A stretch of DNA of 64,000 nucleotides from an uncultured Gammaproteobacteria bacterium (GCA_963764725.1 CAVXTM010000012.1:256001-320000); one strand, 5' to 3'; counted from the first letter of the stretch, positions 28,141 through 38,106 are shown. Translations and numbers: made by a program. The notes: generated from the letters alone by a model not told the origin.

Positions 28141-28232
28141 GTTTCAATGAGCGGGCGATACGAAGTACTCCACGGAGAATAGTAGCCCGTCTTCGGTTTC
28201 AATCCGCGCCCGCTCAAATGAGCGGGCGATAC
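28141..28232 (-). CRISPR. Minimal type I-C array: one intact 37-nt repeat, one 34-nt spacer, one internally deleted repeat
   Basis: 28196-28232 reads GTATCGCCCGCTCATTTGAGCGGGCGCGGATTGAAAC on the minus strand; spacer 28162-28195; 28141-28161 is the same repeat missing 16 nt; adjacent to leader and cas2. Confidence 0.85.
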
Positions 28233-28410
28233 TGCCCGCGCGCAACCTCTGATGTATGAACCGTAATTCCGACAGTGCGCGCGAACCTGTCGGCTAGTCT
28301 GAACATCCTTTGCCTCTGACCGATACACAAGTTCTATTTTACCATTCCCAATCACTCGCTTGCGCTCGCCGCGAATCTCCCAGCTAAACAGCCGCCACTT
28401 GAGGTTCGCG
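28233..28410 (-). promoter_or_regulatory. CRISPR leader
   Basis: Non-coding stretch between the cas2 stop and the first repeat, with GCGAAC/GTTCGC motifs typical of I-C leaders. Confidence 0.7.
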
Positions 28411-28701
28411 CTAAACCATCAGCGGCCCGTCGAAATCCACGGCTTTGAAGTGCCCGAACTCCTTGACGTGTTCTTGCAAGGGTTCATTGAGACGATAAAA
28501 ACGGAGATTGTCCTCCGTTAAACTAATTTCATCGAGAAGCCGCTGTTCCATAACCGCGTAGTTGGTCGCATCTACCTTGCATTCAAAAACGGATTTCTGA
28601 ACGCGCTGCCCGTAGTCCTGACATACTCTGGCTACACGGCGCAGCCGCCGCCGTCCTTCCGCCGTTTCCGTGGACACATCATAGGCCACTAATATCAGCA
28701 C
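28411..28701 (-). CDS. cas2: CRISPR-associated Cas2
   Basis: [43 protein letters not shown]; 96 aa from GTG. Confidence 0.95.
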   Translation of the reverse strand: MLILVAYDVSTETAEGRRRLRRVARVCQDYGQRVQKSVFECKVDATNYAVMEQRLLDEISLTEDNLRFYRLNEPLQEHVKEFGHFKAVDFDGPLMV

Positions 28702-28711
28702 GACGGCACGC

Positions 28712-29170
28712 TCAACGGTGAAGATAAGGCACGTAGGCAGGCGCGTCGCGCCGTAGATAACGCGCGAGCATACGTGCCTGCACGTGCGCCAAGAGACCGA
28801 TCGGCACCTGCTGCCCGAGCACGGGGTGGGCGAGGGTCTCCTGCTTGCGTTTCTGGTAAGCGCCGATGACAAGCTTACGGCCCTCGTCGTTCAGAAGGAC
28901 GGCGCCCCCCGGGCGCTTATCGAAATGCTTGGCCTGGATCTGGGCCCGGTTGATCAATGTCAACGCCAGCCGATCGGCGATCACCGAACGGAACTCCTCC
29001 AAGATATCCAAGGCAAGCGCCATGCGTCCCGGCCGCACGGCATGCAGAAACCCGAGCTGCGGATCAAGTCCTACGCTCTCCACGGCGCTGCGGCAATCGT
29101 TGAGGAGGACCGCGTAGAGGAACGACAGCAGCGCATTCATGGGGTCGAGCGGCGGCCGGCGCGTGCGTAC
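28712..29170 (-). pseudogene. cas1: 3' half of type I-C cas1 (5' part deleted)
   Basis: [50 protein letters not shown]...Y.PY. Sequence upstream of ~29170 is unrelated to Cas1. Confidence 0.9.
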
Positions 29171-29250
29171 GTCAGGCATCAGGAATTTCCACCGTGAGCT
29201 GGCGACTCGTGGGGGTAATCGTTTGTGACCACATAAGTAAACTCCTTCGT

Positions 29251-29489
29251 TTACGTCTTGGCTAAGGTACTCCGATTGGCATTCCAAACCCAGAGTTCGA
29301 CACCTCTTGGGATCGCTCAGCATAAACCGCTACGGTGTAATCCTCGAACTTGCGGGGCGCAGTAACGCCGGTCTTTTTGTCGATGTCGATCACTTTGCCG
29401 TCATCGGCCTTTTGCTCTATATCCAGCAGTCGGTGCGCCGGCGCACAGCCAAGCATTGCCTGACGCTTGCGCCGTTCGGGGTCGTCCAT
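29251..29489 (-). pseudogene. cas7: 3' fragment of type I-C cas7 (csd2) with a frameshift near 29312
   Basis: RQAMLGCAPAHRLLD...PRKFEDYTV, continuing in another frame as PRGVELWVWNANRSTLAKT-stop. Confidence 0.75.
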
Positions 29490-29496
29490 GAAGTCT

Positions 29497-29859
29497 TCAC
29501 TTCAAGGGTTTAGCCGCCATTCGCTTGCGCGTGCGCGATACTCGGTCAACGCCGATGCCGGTATTCTCCAAAGCCACAATGCCAAGAATCGGGTCGCAAT
29601 CCTCGGGACCAAAGATAATCTGCGCTACGGTTTCACTGCCCATGAAGCTGATGCGCACAAAACCGAAGGGATATTCCACGACTTCGCCGTTGGCAAGCTC
29701 GTAAACATCCCGCCCCTCAATCTCGATGCCGGCCGCTTTCAAGGATGAAGCGGGCGCAAGACAATCGATGGCGCCAGTATCCACCAGAAAGTCGGCTTCG
29801 TAAGAAGGTTGATCTTTGCGTAGATTGGCTACGCTGACCGTGACATGCGTGATTCCCAT
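29497..29859 (-). CDS. Clan AA (retropepsin-like) aspartic protease
   Basis: FLVDTGA catalytic motif, ELANG, PILGIVALE; RBS aggag. Confidence 0.85.
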   Translation of the reverse strand: MGITHVTVSVANLRKDQPSYEADFLVDTGAIDCLAPASSLKAAGIEIEGRDVYELANGEVVEYPFGFVRISFMGSETVAQIIFGPEDCDPILGIVALENTGIGVDRVSRTRKRMAAKPLK

Positions 29860-30003
29860 GGCGTTTTCTCCTGGAGCTTAAATGTCGTGTCTCTCGTGCT
29901 CGTGCGTGCCGCGCAGCGTGTGCCCTGGAACTCGCCCTCAGCGTGGATGAGATAGCAGCGGCGCGGGTGGCGCCGCTTCATGCTTTTTGCGAACAAAGAA
30001 TAC

Positions 30004-33000
30004 TTAGTAGATGCCCCAGTCATGCTCTTCGTCGGCTCGCGATTCCTGTTGGATGTGACGTGTGACAAAAGCCAAGCTTTGAGCCACCCACGCGCGAACA
30101 GCAGGATTCGCGTGGTTCTCAAGTGATAGCAGTGCCTCTTCCTGCCGCCGGTAGTAAGGAACTAAGGACCCCGACCAAGAGAACGTGCCCATATTGGCCG
30201 ACAGTGCTTGAAGTACCTTCTCATTGTCGCCGAACTGGTCAACCAGCGCTCTTGCCAAGGGATGCAAGGCCCAACGACCGTCAACATTAACCGTGACGGG
30301 AATAACTCTAGCCAAGAACGTTGGAGCGAATTCGGAATTGCTCCGACACCATTCGAGGAGAAGCTCATCTGGGAGTTCCTGTAGGATACTAATTTCCTGC
30401 TCAGGCCGGTTAGTTGCTGAAAGCATATGCTCCAGGTGAAAACGCCCAGACGCGTCGGCAGCCGAGATCGCTGCACTAAATAGGGGCCACGCCCGTTTAG
30501 GGTACGACCGCAGCAAAACGCGTAACACCGGCTTAACGTTGTGCTCCAAATTAGCATATGGAAGCTTGTCAGAGACTGTAGCTAGGATCTTCTTAATTAT
30601 TAATTCAGCAAATTCTCCATCTTCGTCTTCCAAAATTTTTGTGACCGCTCTCTCCCAATGGTGAAAGTCCATCATTCCACGCCCAGAATCTCCCGAGAGG
30701 CGAATCTCCGTTAGCACAGATTTGAATGTATCAACACTAGCCTTCCATTTCGCCTCGTCATCATGGCAATACATAGATAGGATATCTAGCGCGACCCAAG
30801 GACCTTCTGGTTGAAAACAAAGCAGATCCGTAACCCAGACGGAAATCTCATCAGGTGATAGATGGGCGATAACACGGTTATAGGTAAATGCGCGACATAC
30901 CTCGACTCCAAGCTTCGCATCTCTGATGAGCCTAAGTAGAACCTTTAAATGCCGTAGCTCAGGGTGGCTCAATCGAATTAAGTTCGCGTAATGCCGGCGT
31001 AAGGTCTTCGAGGTGGCCGCATGGTCAACGAGTTCATCCCAAGCTTTCCTGTCTCGGTCTCTCAATACCTCCAACATTCCTGCCAGCACAATAGGGTTTG
31101 CGTCTTGCACATCCTCCAGCACTCTCATGGCATTTCTTGCTAATTCCGCTGGGTCAGGAACCCTCTCAACAATAGTGCGTCCGAAAATATATCCCTGCCT
31201 CTGTTCCCCAACGAGCAGCACATCTAGGTTCTTGACGAGTTCATCAACAGTGCTAGCACATTCTTGCGCGAGTTGCTTTGCCTTTTCTGCAGCAAGATCT
31301 ACGTAGTGTCCATTTTCATCCTTCTCGCGCTCATAAGGAGGTGTACTGACAAAGAGTCTTAAGCGCTCACGTAACACCTTAGGCTGGAGAAGTCGAATCC
31401 ATTCTTCGAGCTTCTTCCGGCCTTCTGGCGGCACCCGATTGCTGTCGTAGTGAAGTGAGACTTGAACGCTATCCAAAGCCTCCGCCCAGAGTGGGCCATC
31501 GTGTTCCACTATGCGATGCAAGGCTTGGTCGAGTGCATTGACTCTTCCATAGAGCATGAGTCCTCGTATGCTTGAGGCAATCGCCGACTTTGCAATTACT
31601 TTGAGTTCGCCTTCGCGGAGCACGAGCGCAGTTAAGCGCTCCAGCGCGGCCTCCCAATATTCGAACGCTTCCCCCCAAGTCTTTGGCCGCCAGTCCTGCA
31701 GTGGGATACCACTTCCTTGTTGCTCGGCGCCACCCGTACGGCTGAAATGGTGTGTCCGTAATGCTCGGCTTAACGCCTTGACACCGAGTGCCTGCTGATC
31801 TGGATCATTGGATCCAAGCGCTTCGTCCGCAATATCTAAGCGCATTTCAGGAGGCGCTTCTGTTCCGGACAGATAAGTGCTGAAGAGCTGCTCGAACTGG
31901 TCGGTTGCGTTGTTAGACCACCGCTCATTTTCGGCTGCTGCCAGCCGCAATAGCAGTCGGGCGGCAACCGGAAACGTCTCTCGACGAAAGCACAGCTTTT
32001 CGAGCGACCAGACAAGGTTTTGCCGAATGTCGCCGTCAAGTCGGAGCAGGTCCTCCTTACTCAGGATACCTAGCACACGCCGTAACGCTTCGGCAGTGGC
32101 TTGGGGATTCACTTCGACAAACGCGCGAAAGAGGAGTGAACCCCGGTCAGAAAGGATCACTTCCGCGCGGCCAAAAGGGCCTTGGACTCCGCAGACATCT
32201 TGTGTAAGTTTCCTAACGTCTGGCAGGAAATCTAAGGTGCTGACGCGCGAACAGAAGCTATGTAAGAGACGTCCAGGCATGGGCTTGCCGATGAGATCGG
32301 CCGCCTTTTCTGGCCTGATTCGCCTCCACCAGTCGGCCGCTAGCCTTACGGCTAGCGGTTTTGGGATTACCTGACCGTAGCGGCCCCGGATGTCAATAAT
32401 GCCACGGTGTTTGAAGGCCATAACGTGCCTATGAAACTCGTTCACAGCCAGTGTCGAAACGTTTTCAGCAATAAACTCGCATTCCGCCCCAGCGTCGTCC
32501 GACAAACCAAATGTCTCAAATAACGCGCAACCGCAAATTGCCTGGAGCGCCGCCTCATTCTGTAGTCCCGCACCCCATAGCATCTTTTTCAGGAGGTCAT
32601 CGTCAGTAAGGCTGCCCATCTCCGGGTGCTCATTGAGCCGCGCGTCTGCTAGGAGCACTGCCATCTGTGGAAATCCTTGCGCGAACGACACGATTCGGTC
32701 GAGATCTGGGATGGTGTCCTTGTAGTTCGGCTCAAGCATTTGCTTGATATGGCGATCGTCAAGCCGTTTGAGATCAATGGTGCGAGTAGCGGTGTCCCGT
32801 TCCGGGTTATAGTCCAAGGTTAAAAGGCTGAGCTGGCTATCTGTTCTCTGAAATTGGGCTGCTAACCTCTTGTGGAGCCCGAGCTCGCAATTATCGACAA
32901 CGACGATACCCTCGCGCTTAGAACGCACCCAGTCGCTAACGTGATTAACGAGGCTCGTCCCTCCATCGGAGGCATCTATATATACAACCTGCTGCGAGAG

Positions 33001-33759
33001 ACTGTCTTGCTCATCTGTTGGACGGAACAGCTCCAGAGCCAATCTCGTTTTTCCAAGTCCCGAGAGCCCGATAATGCGCGCCACACTTCTTGGCGACGCC
33101 ATCTCTCGCCTGAGTTGCTCTATGGCTTCAACTCTTGACCCATCTGCAACAAAGGCGAACTGAGCGTATTCTTGCCCCCTGCTCCACTCCGGCCATGCTC
33201 GCATTCCTGCTACAAGGGGACGATTCACCCAGTTCGCAACAGCGGCGACGGCAGGTAGGTACGTGTTTACCCAATCTTGGATTCTGTTAGCGTCATAAAC
33301 GTCGATGATGGCGGTTTCAGTGTACGGCTTTTTTAAATCGCTTGACTTTTTGCGTATCGCGGCAATTCTGGCACTTTTCTGTTGCTTGTTGAGTGGGCAG
33401 TTGGTGAAAAGCACATACGACCCCCCAGCGGCAAGCGCACCCTCAACCATTGGTTTCAGCTTCCCTCGATTATCAACAAGCTCGTTTGCGCATACCCTCG
33501 GCCCCATTCTTGTTGCCTTGACCTGAAACTGGACGAGCCGATGCGGTAAATAATTGGTGCTATCAGGGCCCCCTTTCCATTCAATGCGGCCATCCTCACC
33601 TCCATCGGAAACGTCGATGTTCAGTGAGACCTCTACGGCGCGCTGTGCAATTCCTGCGGAACGCGCCTCAAGGTTAAGCAACCGCTTCAATACATCCGTG
33701 AGCTGAACGTCATTCAGGAGTTCAATCGAGCTTACTGCAACTTCTAGCAATCCCGCCAT
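30004..33759 (-). CDS. Large nuclease-STAND NTPase-helical repeat protein (Avs/NLR-like defence candidate)
   Basis: N-terminal DGGEDG...FQVK (Mrr-like PD-(D/E/Q)xK), Walker A GLSGLGKT, Walker B IVVVDNC, GFP motif, long alpha-helical C-terminus; visibly AT-richer than flanks. Likely ATG 33759 (ORF open to 33990). Confidence 0.75.
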   Translation of the reverse strand: MAGLLEVAVSSIELLNDVQLTDVLKRLLNLEARSAGIAQRAVEVSLNIDVSDGGEDGRIEWKGGPDSTNYLPHRLVQFQVKATRMGPRVCANELVDNRGKLKPMVEGALAAGGSYVLFTNCPLNKQQKSARIAAIRKKSSDLKKPYTETAIIDVYDANRIQDWVNTYLPAVAAVANWVNRPLVAGMRAWPEWSRGQEYAQFAFVADGSRVEAIEQLRREMASPRSVARIIGLSGLGKTRLALELFRPTDEQDSLSQQVVYIDASDGGTSLVNHVSDWVRSKREGIVVVDNCELGLHKRLAAQFQRTDSQLSLLTLDYNPERDTATRTIDLKRLDDRHIKQMLEPNYKDTIPDLDRIVSFAQGFPQMAVLLADARLNEHPEMGSLTDDDLLKKMLWGAGLQNEAALQAICGCALFETFGLSDDAGAECEFIAENVSTLAVNEFHRHVMAFKHRGIIDIRGRYGQVIPKPLAVRLAADWWRRIRPEKAADLIGKPMPGRLLHSFCSRVSTLDFLPDVRKLTQDVCGVQGPFGRAEVILSDRGSLLFRAFVEVNPQATAEALRRVLGILSKEDLLRLDGDIRQNLVWSLEKLCFRRETFPVAARLLLRLAAAENERWSNNATDQFEQLFSTYLSGTEAPPEMRLDIADEALGSNDPDQQALGVKALSRALRTHHFSRTGGAEQQGSGIPLQDWRPKTWGEAFEYWEAALERLTALVLREGELKVIAKSAIASSIRGLMLYGRVNALDQALHRIVEHDGPLWAEALDSVQVSLHYDSNRVPPEGRKKLEEWIRLLQPKVLRERLRLFVSTPPYEREKDENGHYVDLAAEKAKQLAQECASTVDELVKNLDVLLVGEQRQGYIFGRTIVERVPDPAELARNAMRVLEDVQDANPIVLAGMLEVLRDRDRKAWDELVDHAATSKTLRRHYANLIRLSHPELRHLKVLLRLIRDAKLGVEVCRAFTYNRVIAHLSPDEISVWVTDLLCFQPEGPWVALDILSMYCHDDEAKWKASVDTFKSVLTEIRLSGDSGRGMMDFHHWERAVTKILEDEDGEFAELIIKKILATVSDKLPYANLEHNVKPVLRVLLRSYPKRAWPLFSAAISAADASGRFHLEHMLSATNRPEQEISILQELPDELLLEWCRSNSEFAPTFLARVIPVTVNVDGRWALHPLARALVDQFGDNEKVLQALSANMGTFSWSGSLVPYYRRQEEALLSLENHANPAVRAWVAQSLAFVTRHIQQESRADEEHDWGIY

Positions 33760-34045
33760 CTCAACACCTTCTGCGCTTGACTCGTCTTCTAGGGTTAGAT
33801 CATTGATATTTCCAGCAAAACTCAGGGCCCCTCTGGCTCGGTTTTCCGCGAGAGATAACAGATCACCAAATGCCAGACTGCGATTATCTTCCGCGTGATC
33901 AGCCAGACCAAGCCCTTGGCAATGATTATCATTGAATGACGCGCTAAGAAGCCGGCGTGGCCCTGGTACTGATAAGCGAATCATTGGCAAGCTAGCGAAC
34001 CGGCGCTATGCTGCGCTTGATCGCTCTAGTTGGAGCTAGAAACCC

Positions 34046-34615
34046 GTGACCACCGGCGCCCAAACTCTTTATCAACGTCATCGTCTCACGGTGGCCGAAT
34101 ACCACCGCATGGGGCAAACGGGCGTCTTTTCCGAGAATGACCGGGTGGAATTGATCGAAGGGGATATCGTCGATATGGCGCCGATTGGGAGCTCGCACGC
34201 TGGAACAGTTAAGTATTTAATCAAAATTTTGAATGTCGCTGTTGGAGAGCATGCGATTGTTTCAGCACAAGATCCCCTCGTGTTGGACCGCCATTCCGAA
34301 CCGCAACCCGACATCGCCCTCCTCAAACCGCGTACGGATTTCTATCGTACGGCGCACCCGCGCCCCGAGGATGTGCTGCTCCTCGTCGAGGTCGCGGACA
34401 CCACACTGCGCTACGACCGCGAGGTCAAGCTGCCTCTCTATGCCCGTCACCGTATCCCTGAGGTCTGGATCGTGGACCTGGAGAACCACGGCTTGTGCGT
34501 ATATCGCGACCCTGCTGAGGCAGGCTATCGGGAGGCGCAAACGATCGAGCGACCAGGGATAGTCGTTCCCGTCACACTGCCGGACATTTCTATCGACTTG
34601 AGCGGGTTGTTTTAG
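34046..34615 (+). CDS. Uma2-family endonuclease
   Basis: RVELIEG....API...H, SEPQPDIALL, LLVEVADTT..YDR..K..LYA...IPEVWIVD. Confidence 0.92.
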   Translation: MTTGAQTLYQRHRLTVAEYHRMGQTGVFSENDRVELIEGDIVDMAPIGSSHAGTVKYLIKILNVAVGEHAIVSAQDPLVLDRHSEPQPDIALLKPRTDFYRTAHPRPEDVLLLVEVADTTLRYDREVKLPLYARHRIPEVWIVDLENHGLCVYRDPAEAGYREAQTIERPGIVVPVTLPDISIDLSGLF

Positions 34616-34817
34616 CCGGCCAACGCCACGATTTTCCGCGCTTCTTCCGTTATTGCGCTTGCGCGCGATGCCGGCCGGAGCACCTTGACAGCGCTCCCGA
34701 AGCTGAGTAGCCACCCGAGGATCCGGGGTATCCGCGAAGTTTAGGGTCATCGTGAGCATCCGCACGGTGTGGGTCTCTCTTTTTAATCACAACCTAACAC
34801 CCTGTATCATCGCCGTT

Positions 34818-36992
34818 ATGCTCAAGGACAATTCCGCGGACCACGAGCGCTTGTCGGGGACCATCGAGCGAGTGACCTTCCATAGCCCCGAGAGCGGCTT
34901 CTGCGTTCTGCGCGTGACTGTCCGGGGGCAGCGGGATCTGGTGACGGTCGTGGGCAGCGCCGCGGCGGTCCATCCGGGGGAGTTCCTCGAAAGCACGGGT
35001 CATTGGATCAACGACGCCACCTACGGCCGGCAGTTTCGCGCCGCGGAGTTGCGCATCGTTCCTCCGAGCACGCTCGAAGGTATCGAGAAATACCTCGCTT
35101 CGGGCATGATCCGGGGCATCGGCCCGCACTTCGCCAAGGTGCTCATCGAAGCGCTCGGTGAGCGGGTGTTCGATGTGTTCGAGTGCGAGCCCGAGCGGCT
35201 AAGGAAATTGCCCGGCATTGGTCCCAAGCGGCAAGAGCGGATCCTCGGCGCGTGGGCCGAGCAGAAGGCGGTGCGCGAAATCATGGTGTTCTTGCGATCC
35301 TATGGGATCGGCACCAGCCGCGCCGTACGGATTTACAGGACCTACGGGGAGGCCGCCGTCGAGCGCGTGCGCGAGAATCCCTATCGACTGGCACTCGACA
35401 TCCACGGCATCGGCTTCAAGAGCGCCGATACCTTAGCGCAAAAGATCGGGATCCCCTCCGACTCGCAAATGCGGGCTCAGGCCGGTGTCCGCCATGTCCT
35501 TCAGGAACAAGCGGGCGCGGGGCATTGCGCCATGTCGCGCGAAACCTTGGCGGATGCCGCGGTCACGCTGCTCGAGATCCCGCGACCCGTCATAGAAGCT
35601 GCGGTGGATGACGAGATCCGGGAAGGGAATCTCATTGCGGAACCGATCGACACCGTGGACGCGGTTTATCTGGGCGCGTTGCATGATGCGGAAACGGGCG
35701 TTGCCGCTCATCTGCGGCGCTTGCTCCACGGGCCGCCGGCCTGGGGGATCATCGATGCGGAGAAAGCCCTTCCCTGGGTTGAAGAGCGCTCGCGCATCAC
35801 CTTCTCGGCGTCCCAGCGCGCGGCGTTCGCGACCATAATGAATAGCAAAGTCTCCGTGCTCACCGGCGGCCCCGGTTGCGGCAAAACGACCCTGGTCAAA
35901 AGCGTGTTGCTCGCGCTGCGTGCCAAAAGCGCGCGCTTCCTGCTCTGCGCTCCGACCGGCCGGGCGGCGCAGCGGCTGGCGGAATCCACCGGTTATGACG
36001 CCCGTACGATCCATCGGTTGCTGGAGTTCGATCCGAAGTTCCGCGGCTTCAAGCGCAACGCCGAGCACCGGCTCGATGCGGACCTCCTGGTGGTGGATGA
36101 GGTCTCGATGGTGGATGTGGTCTTGATGCATCAGCTTCTGAAAGCGGCGCCTCACGCATGCGCGCTGCTCTTGGTCGGCGACGTCCACCAACTCCCTTCG
36201 GTCGGTCCCGGCGCTGTGCTGGCCGATATCATCGCATCACGGCGCGTTGCGACCGTGGAGCTTACCGAGATCTTCCGTCAAGCCGCGCAATCGCGGATCA
36301 TCGTCAACGCCCACCGCATCCACCAAGGTCAGTTGCCCGAATACCCCCCCGCGGGCGAGCCGAGCGATTTCTATTTTCTCCCCGCGTCATCGACCGAGGC
36401 GATCCACGACAAGCTCATCGAGTCGGTGGCCGAACGCATTCCCAAGCGCTTCGGCTTGGATCCGGTTCGCGATCTCCAAGTCCTTACTCCCATGAACCGT
36501 GGCACGCTCGGCACCCGCGCGTTGAACGCCGCGCTCCAGGCCCGGCTCAATGCCACAGGCGCGCCCGCCGTCGAACGCTTCGGCTCACGCTTCACGCCGG
36601 GGGATAAGATCATTCAAATGGTGAACAACTACGATAAGGACGTTTTCAATGGCGATATCGGACGCATCACCCATATCGATCTCGACGAGGGCGTGCTCAG
36701 CGCCGGTTTCAATGGTAGAGAGGTTGAGTACGACTTCGGGGAGCTCGACGAGATCGTTCTTGCCTATGCGTGCTCGATCCACAAGAGCCAAGGCTCGGAG
36801 TTTCCGGCGGTGGTCGTACCCCTGGCTACCCAGCACTACCCGATGCTCGAACGCAATCTCTTGTATACCGCGGTCACGCGCGGTAAGCGCTTGGTTGTGG
36901 TCATCGGCCAACCGCAGGCTCTCGCCATTGCCGTAAATACCGTCAAGGCGGCCCGGCGGCTCACCGGCCTCGCGCAACGCTTGTCCCGTTGA
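34818..36992 (+). CDS. recD2: RecD2-type ATP-dependent DNA helicase
   Basis: N-terminal OB/HhH region (YLASGMIRGIGP, ENPYRLA.DI.GIGF..AD), TGGPGCGKTT, APTGRAA, VDEVSM, IHKSQGSEF, LLYTAVTR. Confidence 0.93.
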   Translation: MLKDNSADHERLSGTIERVTFHSPESGFCVLRVTVRGQRDLVTVVGSAAAVHPGEFLESTGHWINDATYGRQFRAAELRIVPPSTLEGIEKYLASGMIRGIGPHFAKVLIEALGERVFDVFECEPERLRKLPGIGPKRQERILGAWAEQKAVREIMVFLRSYGIGTSRAVRIYRTYGEAAVERVRENPYRLALDIHGIGFKSADTLAQKIGIPSDSQMRAQAGVRHVLQEQAGAGHCAMSRETLADAAVTLLEIPRPVIEAAVDDEIREGNLIAEPIDTVDAVYLGALHDAETGVAAHLRRLLHGPPAWGIIDAEKALPWVEERSRITFSASQRAAFATIMNSKVSVLTGGPGCGKTTLVKSVLLALRAKSARFLLCAPTGRAAQRLAESTGYDARTIHRLLEFDPKFRGFKRNAEHRLDADLLVVDEVSMVDVVLMHQLLKAAPHACALLLVGDVHQLPSVGPGAVLADIIASRRVATVELTEIFRQAAQSRIIVNAHRIHQGQLPEYPPAGEPSDFYFLPASSTEAIHDKLIESVAERIPKRFGLDPVRDLQVLTPMNRGTLGTRALNAALQARLNATGAPAVERFGSRFTPGDKIIQMVNNYDKDVFNGDIGRITHIDLDEGVLSAGFNGREVEYDFGELDEIVLAYACSIHKSQGSEFPAVVVPLATQHYPMLERNLLYTAVTRGKRLVVVIGQPQALAIAVNTVKAARRLTGLAQRLSR

Positions 36993-37143
36993 GGCGTTTT
37001 CAGTATGTTGATGAAGCGACTCGTTTCGATCTTGGCTTATGCCCTACTGGCGAATGCATCGGGCAGGCGCGATACTAACGTACCGTGAGAGGTACCCGTT
37101 GAGCTTATTTTTGGCAAGATCGTTCTGACAGGGAAACACTTCC

Positions 37144-38106
37144 ATGCATGCCACGTTGCAATTGCTTGAAAGAATGGATTTTCCTCCCATTCGCCGCAAG
37201 CGGCTCGATACCCTACAGGTCAACCTCGGCTATCGATGCAACCAGACATGTGTCCATTGTCATGTCAACGCCGGTCCGAATCGTATCGAGGAAATGAGCC
37301 GCGAGACCATCGATGAGGTGATCGCTTTCTTAGAGGTGTCGAATATCAAGACCCTGGATGTCACCGGTGGTGCGCCGGAGTTAAATCCGCATTTCCGCGA
37401 CCTGGTATGCACTGCTCGCCGGCTAGGCGTACAGGTCATCGATCGTTGTAACCTGACTATTCTGGAGCAACCCGCACAGGAGGATCTGGCCGACTTTCTC
37501 GCGGCCCAGGGTGTCGAAATCACCGCCTCGCTCCCTTGTTACCTTGCGGATAATGTGGATCGGCAGCGCGGTGCCGGGGTATTCGACGCCAGCATACGCG
37601 CCTTGCTAAAGCTCAATGCCCTCGGCTATGGCGTGCCCGACACCAATCTCCTACTGAATCTGGTCTATAACCCGCAGGGTCCCAGCCTGCCGCCCCCACA
37701 AGCGATGTTGGAGGAGTCTTACCGCAAGCATCTCGACGAGCGATTCGGGATCGTCTTCAACCGGATCTATACCCTCACCAATATGCCGATCCAGCGTTTT
37801 GGCAGCCTGCTCATCTCCAAGGGCCAGTTCAACCCTTATATGCAGTTGCTGCGTCACGCGCACCAGGAGGCGAATCTGGAGGCGGTAATGTGCCGGTCGC
37901 TCATCAGCGTGGACTGGCAGGGCTATGTCTACGATTGCGACTTCAATCAGATGTTGGGCCTACCGCTGCGTGTGGCGGACAAACGGCGCCACCGCCTGTA
38001 TGAGCTAATTGAGATCGATCTCGAAGGGAATCCCATCCGGGTGGCCGGCCATTGTTATGGATGTACCGCGGGAGCCGGCAGTAGTTGCGGCGGAGCCTTG
38101 AGTTAA
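37144..38106 (+). CDS. arsS: Radical SAM protein of the ArsS (arsenosugar biosynthesis / DUF3641) family
   Basis: LQVNLGYRCNQTCVHCHV (CxxxCxxC), TGGAPELNP, YDCDFNQML, C-terminal HCYGCTAGAGSSCGG. Confidence 0.88.
   Translation: MHATLQLLERMDFPPIRRKRLDTLQVNLGYRCNQTCVHCHVNAGPNRIEEMSRETIDEVIAFLEVSNIKTLDVTGGAPELNPHFRDLVCTARRLGVQVIDRCNLTILEQPAQEDLADFLAAQGVEITASLPCYLADNVDRQRGAGVFDASIRALLKLNALGYGVPDTNLLLNLVYNPQGPSLPPPQAMLEESYRKHLDERFGIVFNRIYTLTNMPIQRFGSLLISKGQFNPYMQLLRHAHQEANLEAVMCRSLISVDWQGYVYDCDFNQMLGLPLRVADKRRHRLYELIEIDLEGNPIRVAGHCYGCTAGAGSSCGGALS

Noticed and set aside
27855-28355. 166-aa minus-strand ORF
   Set aside because: Spans the CRISPR leader, repeats and REP-like hairpin; spurious.
29172-29315. 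Suspected IS end (ctaaggtactcc...) interrupting cas1
   Set aside because: Better explained as the frameshifted cas7 tail followed by the start of a small gene with its own RBS.
29860-34045. Integron attC sites around the protease, STAND and uma2 genes
   Set aside because: No convincing RYYYAAC...GTTRRRY paired boxes and no integron integrase.
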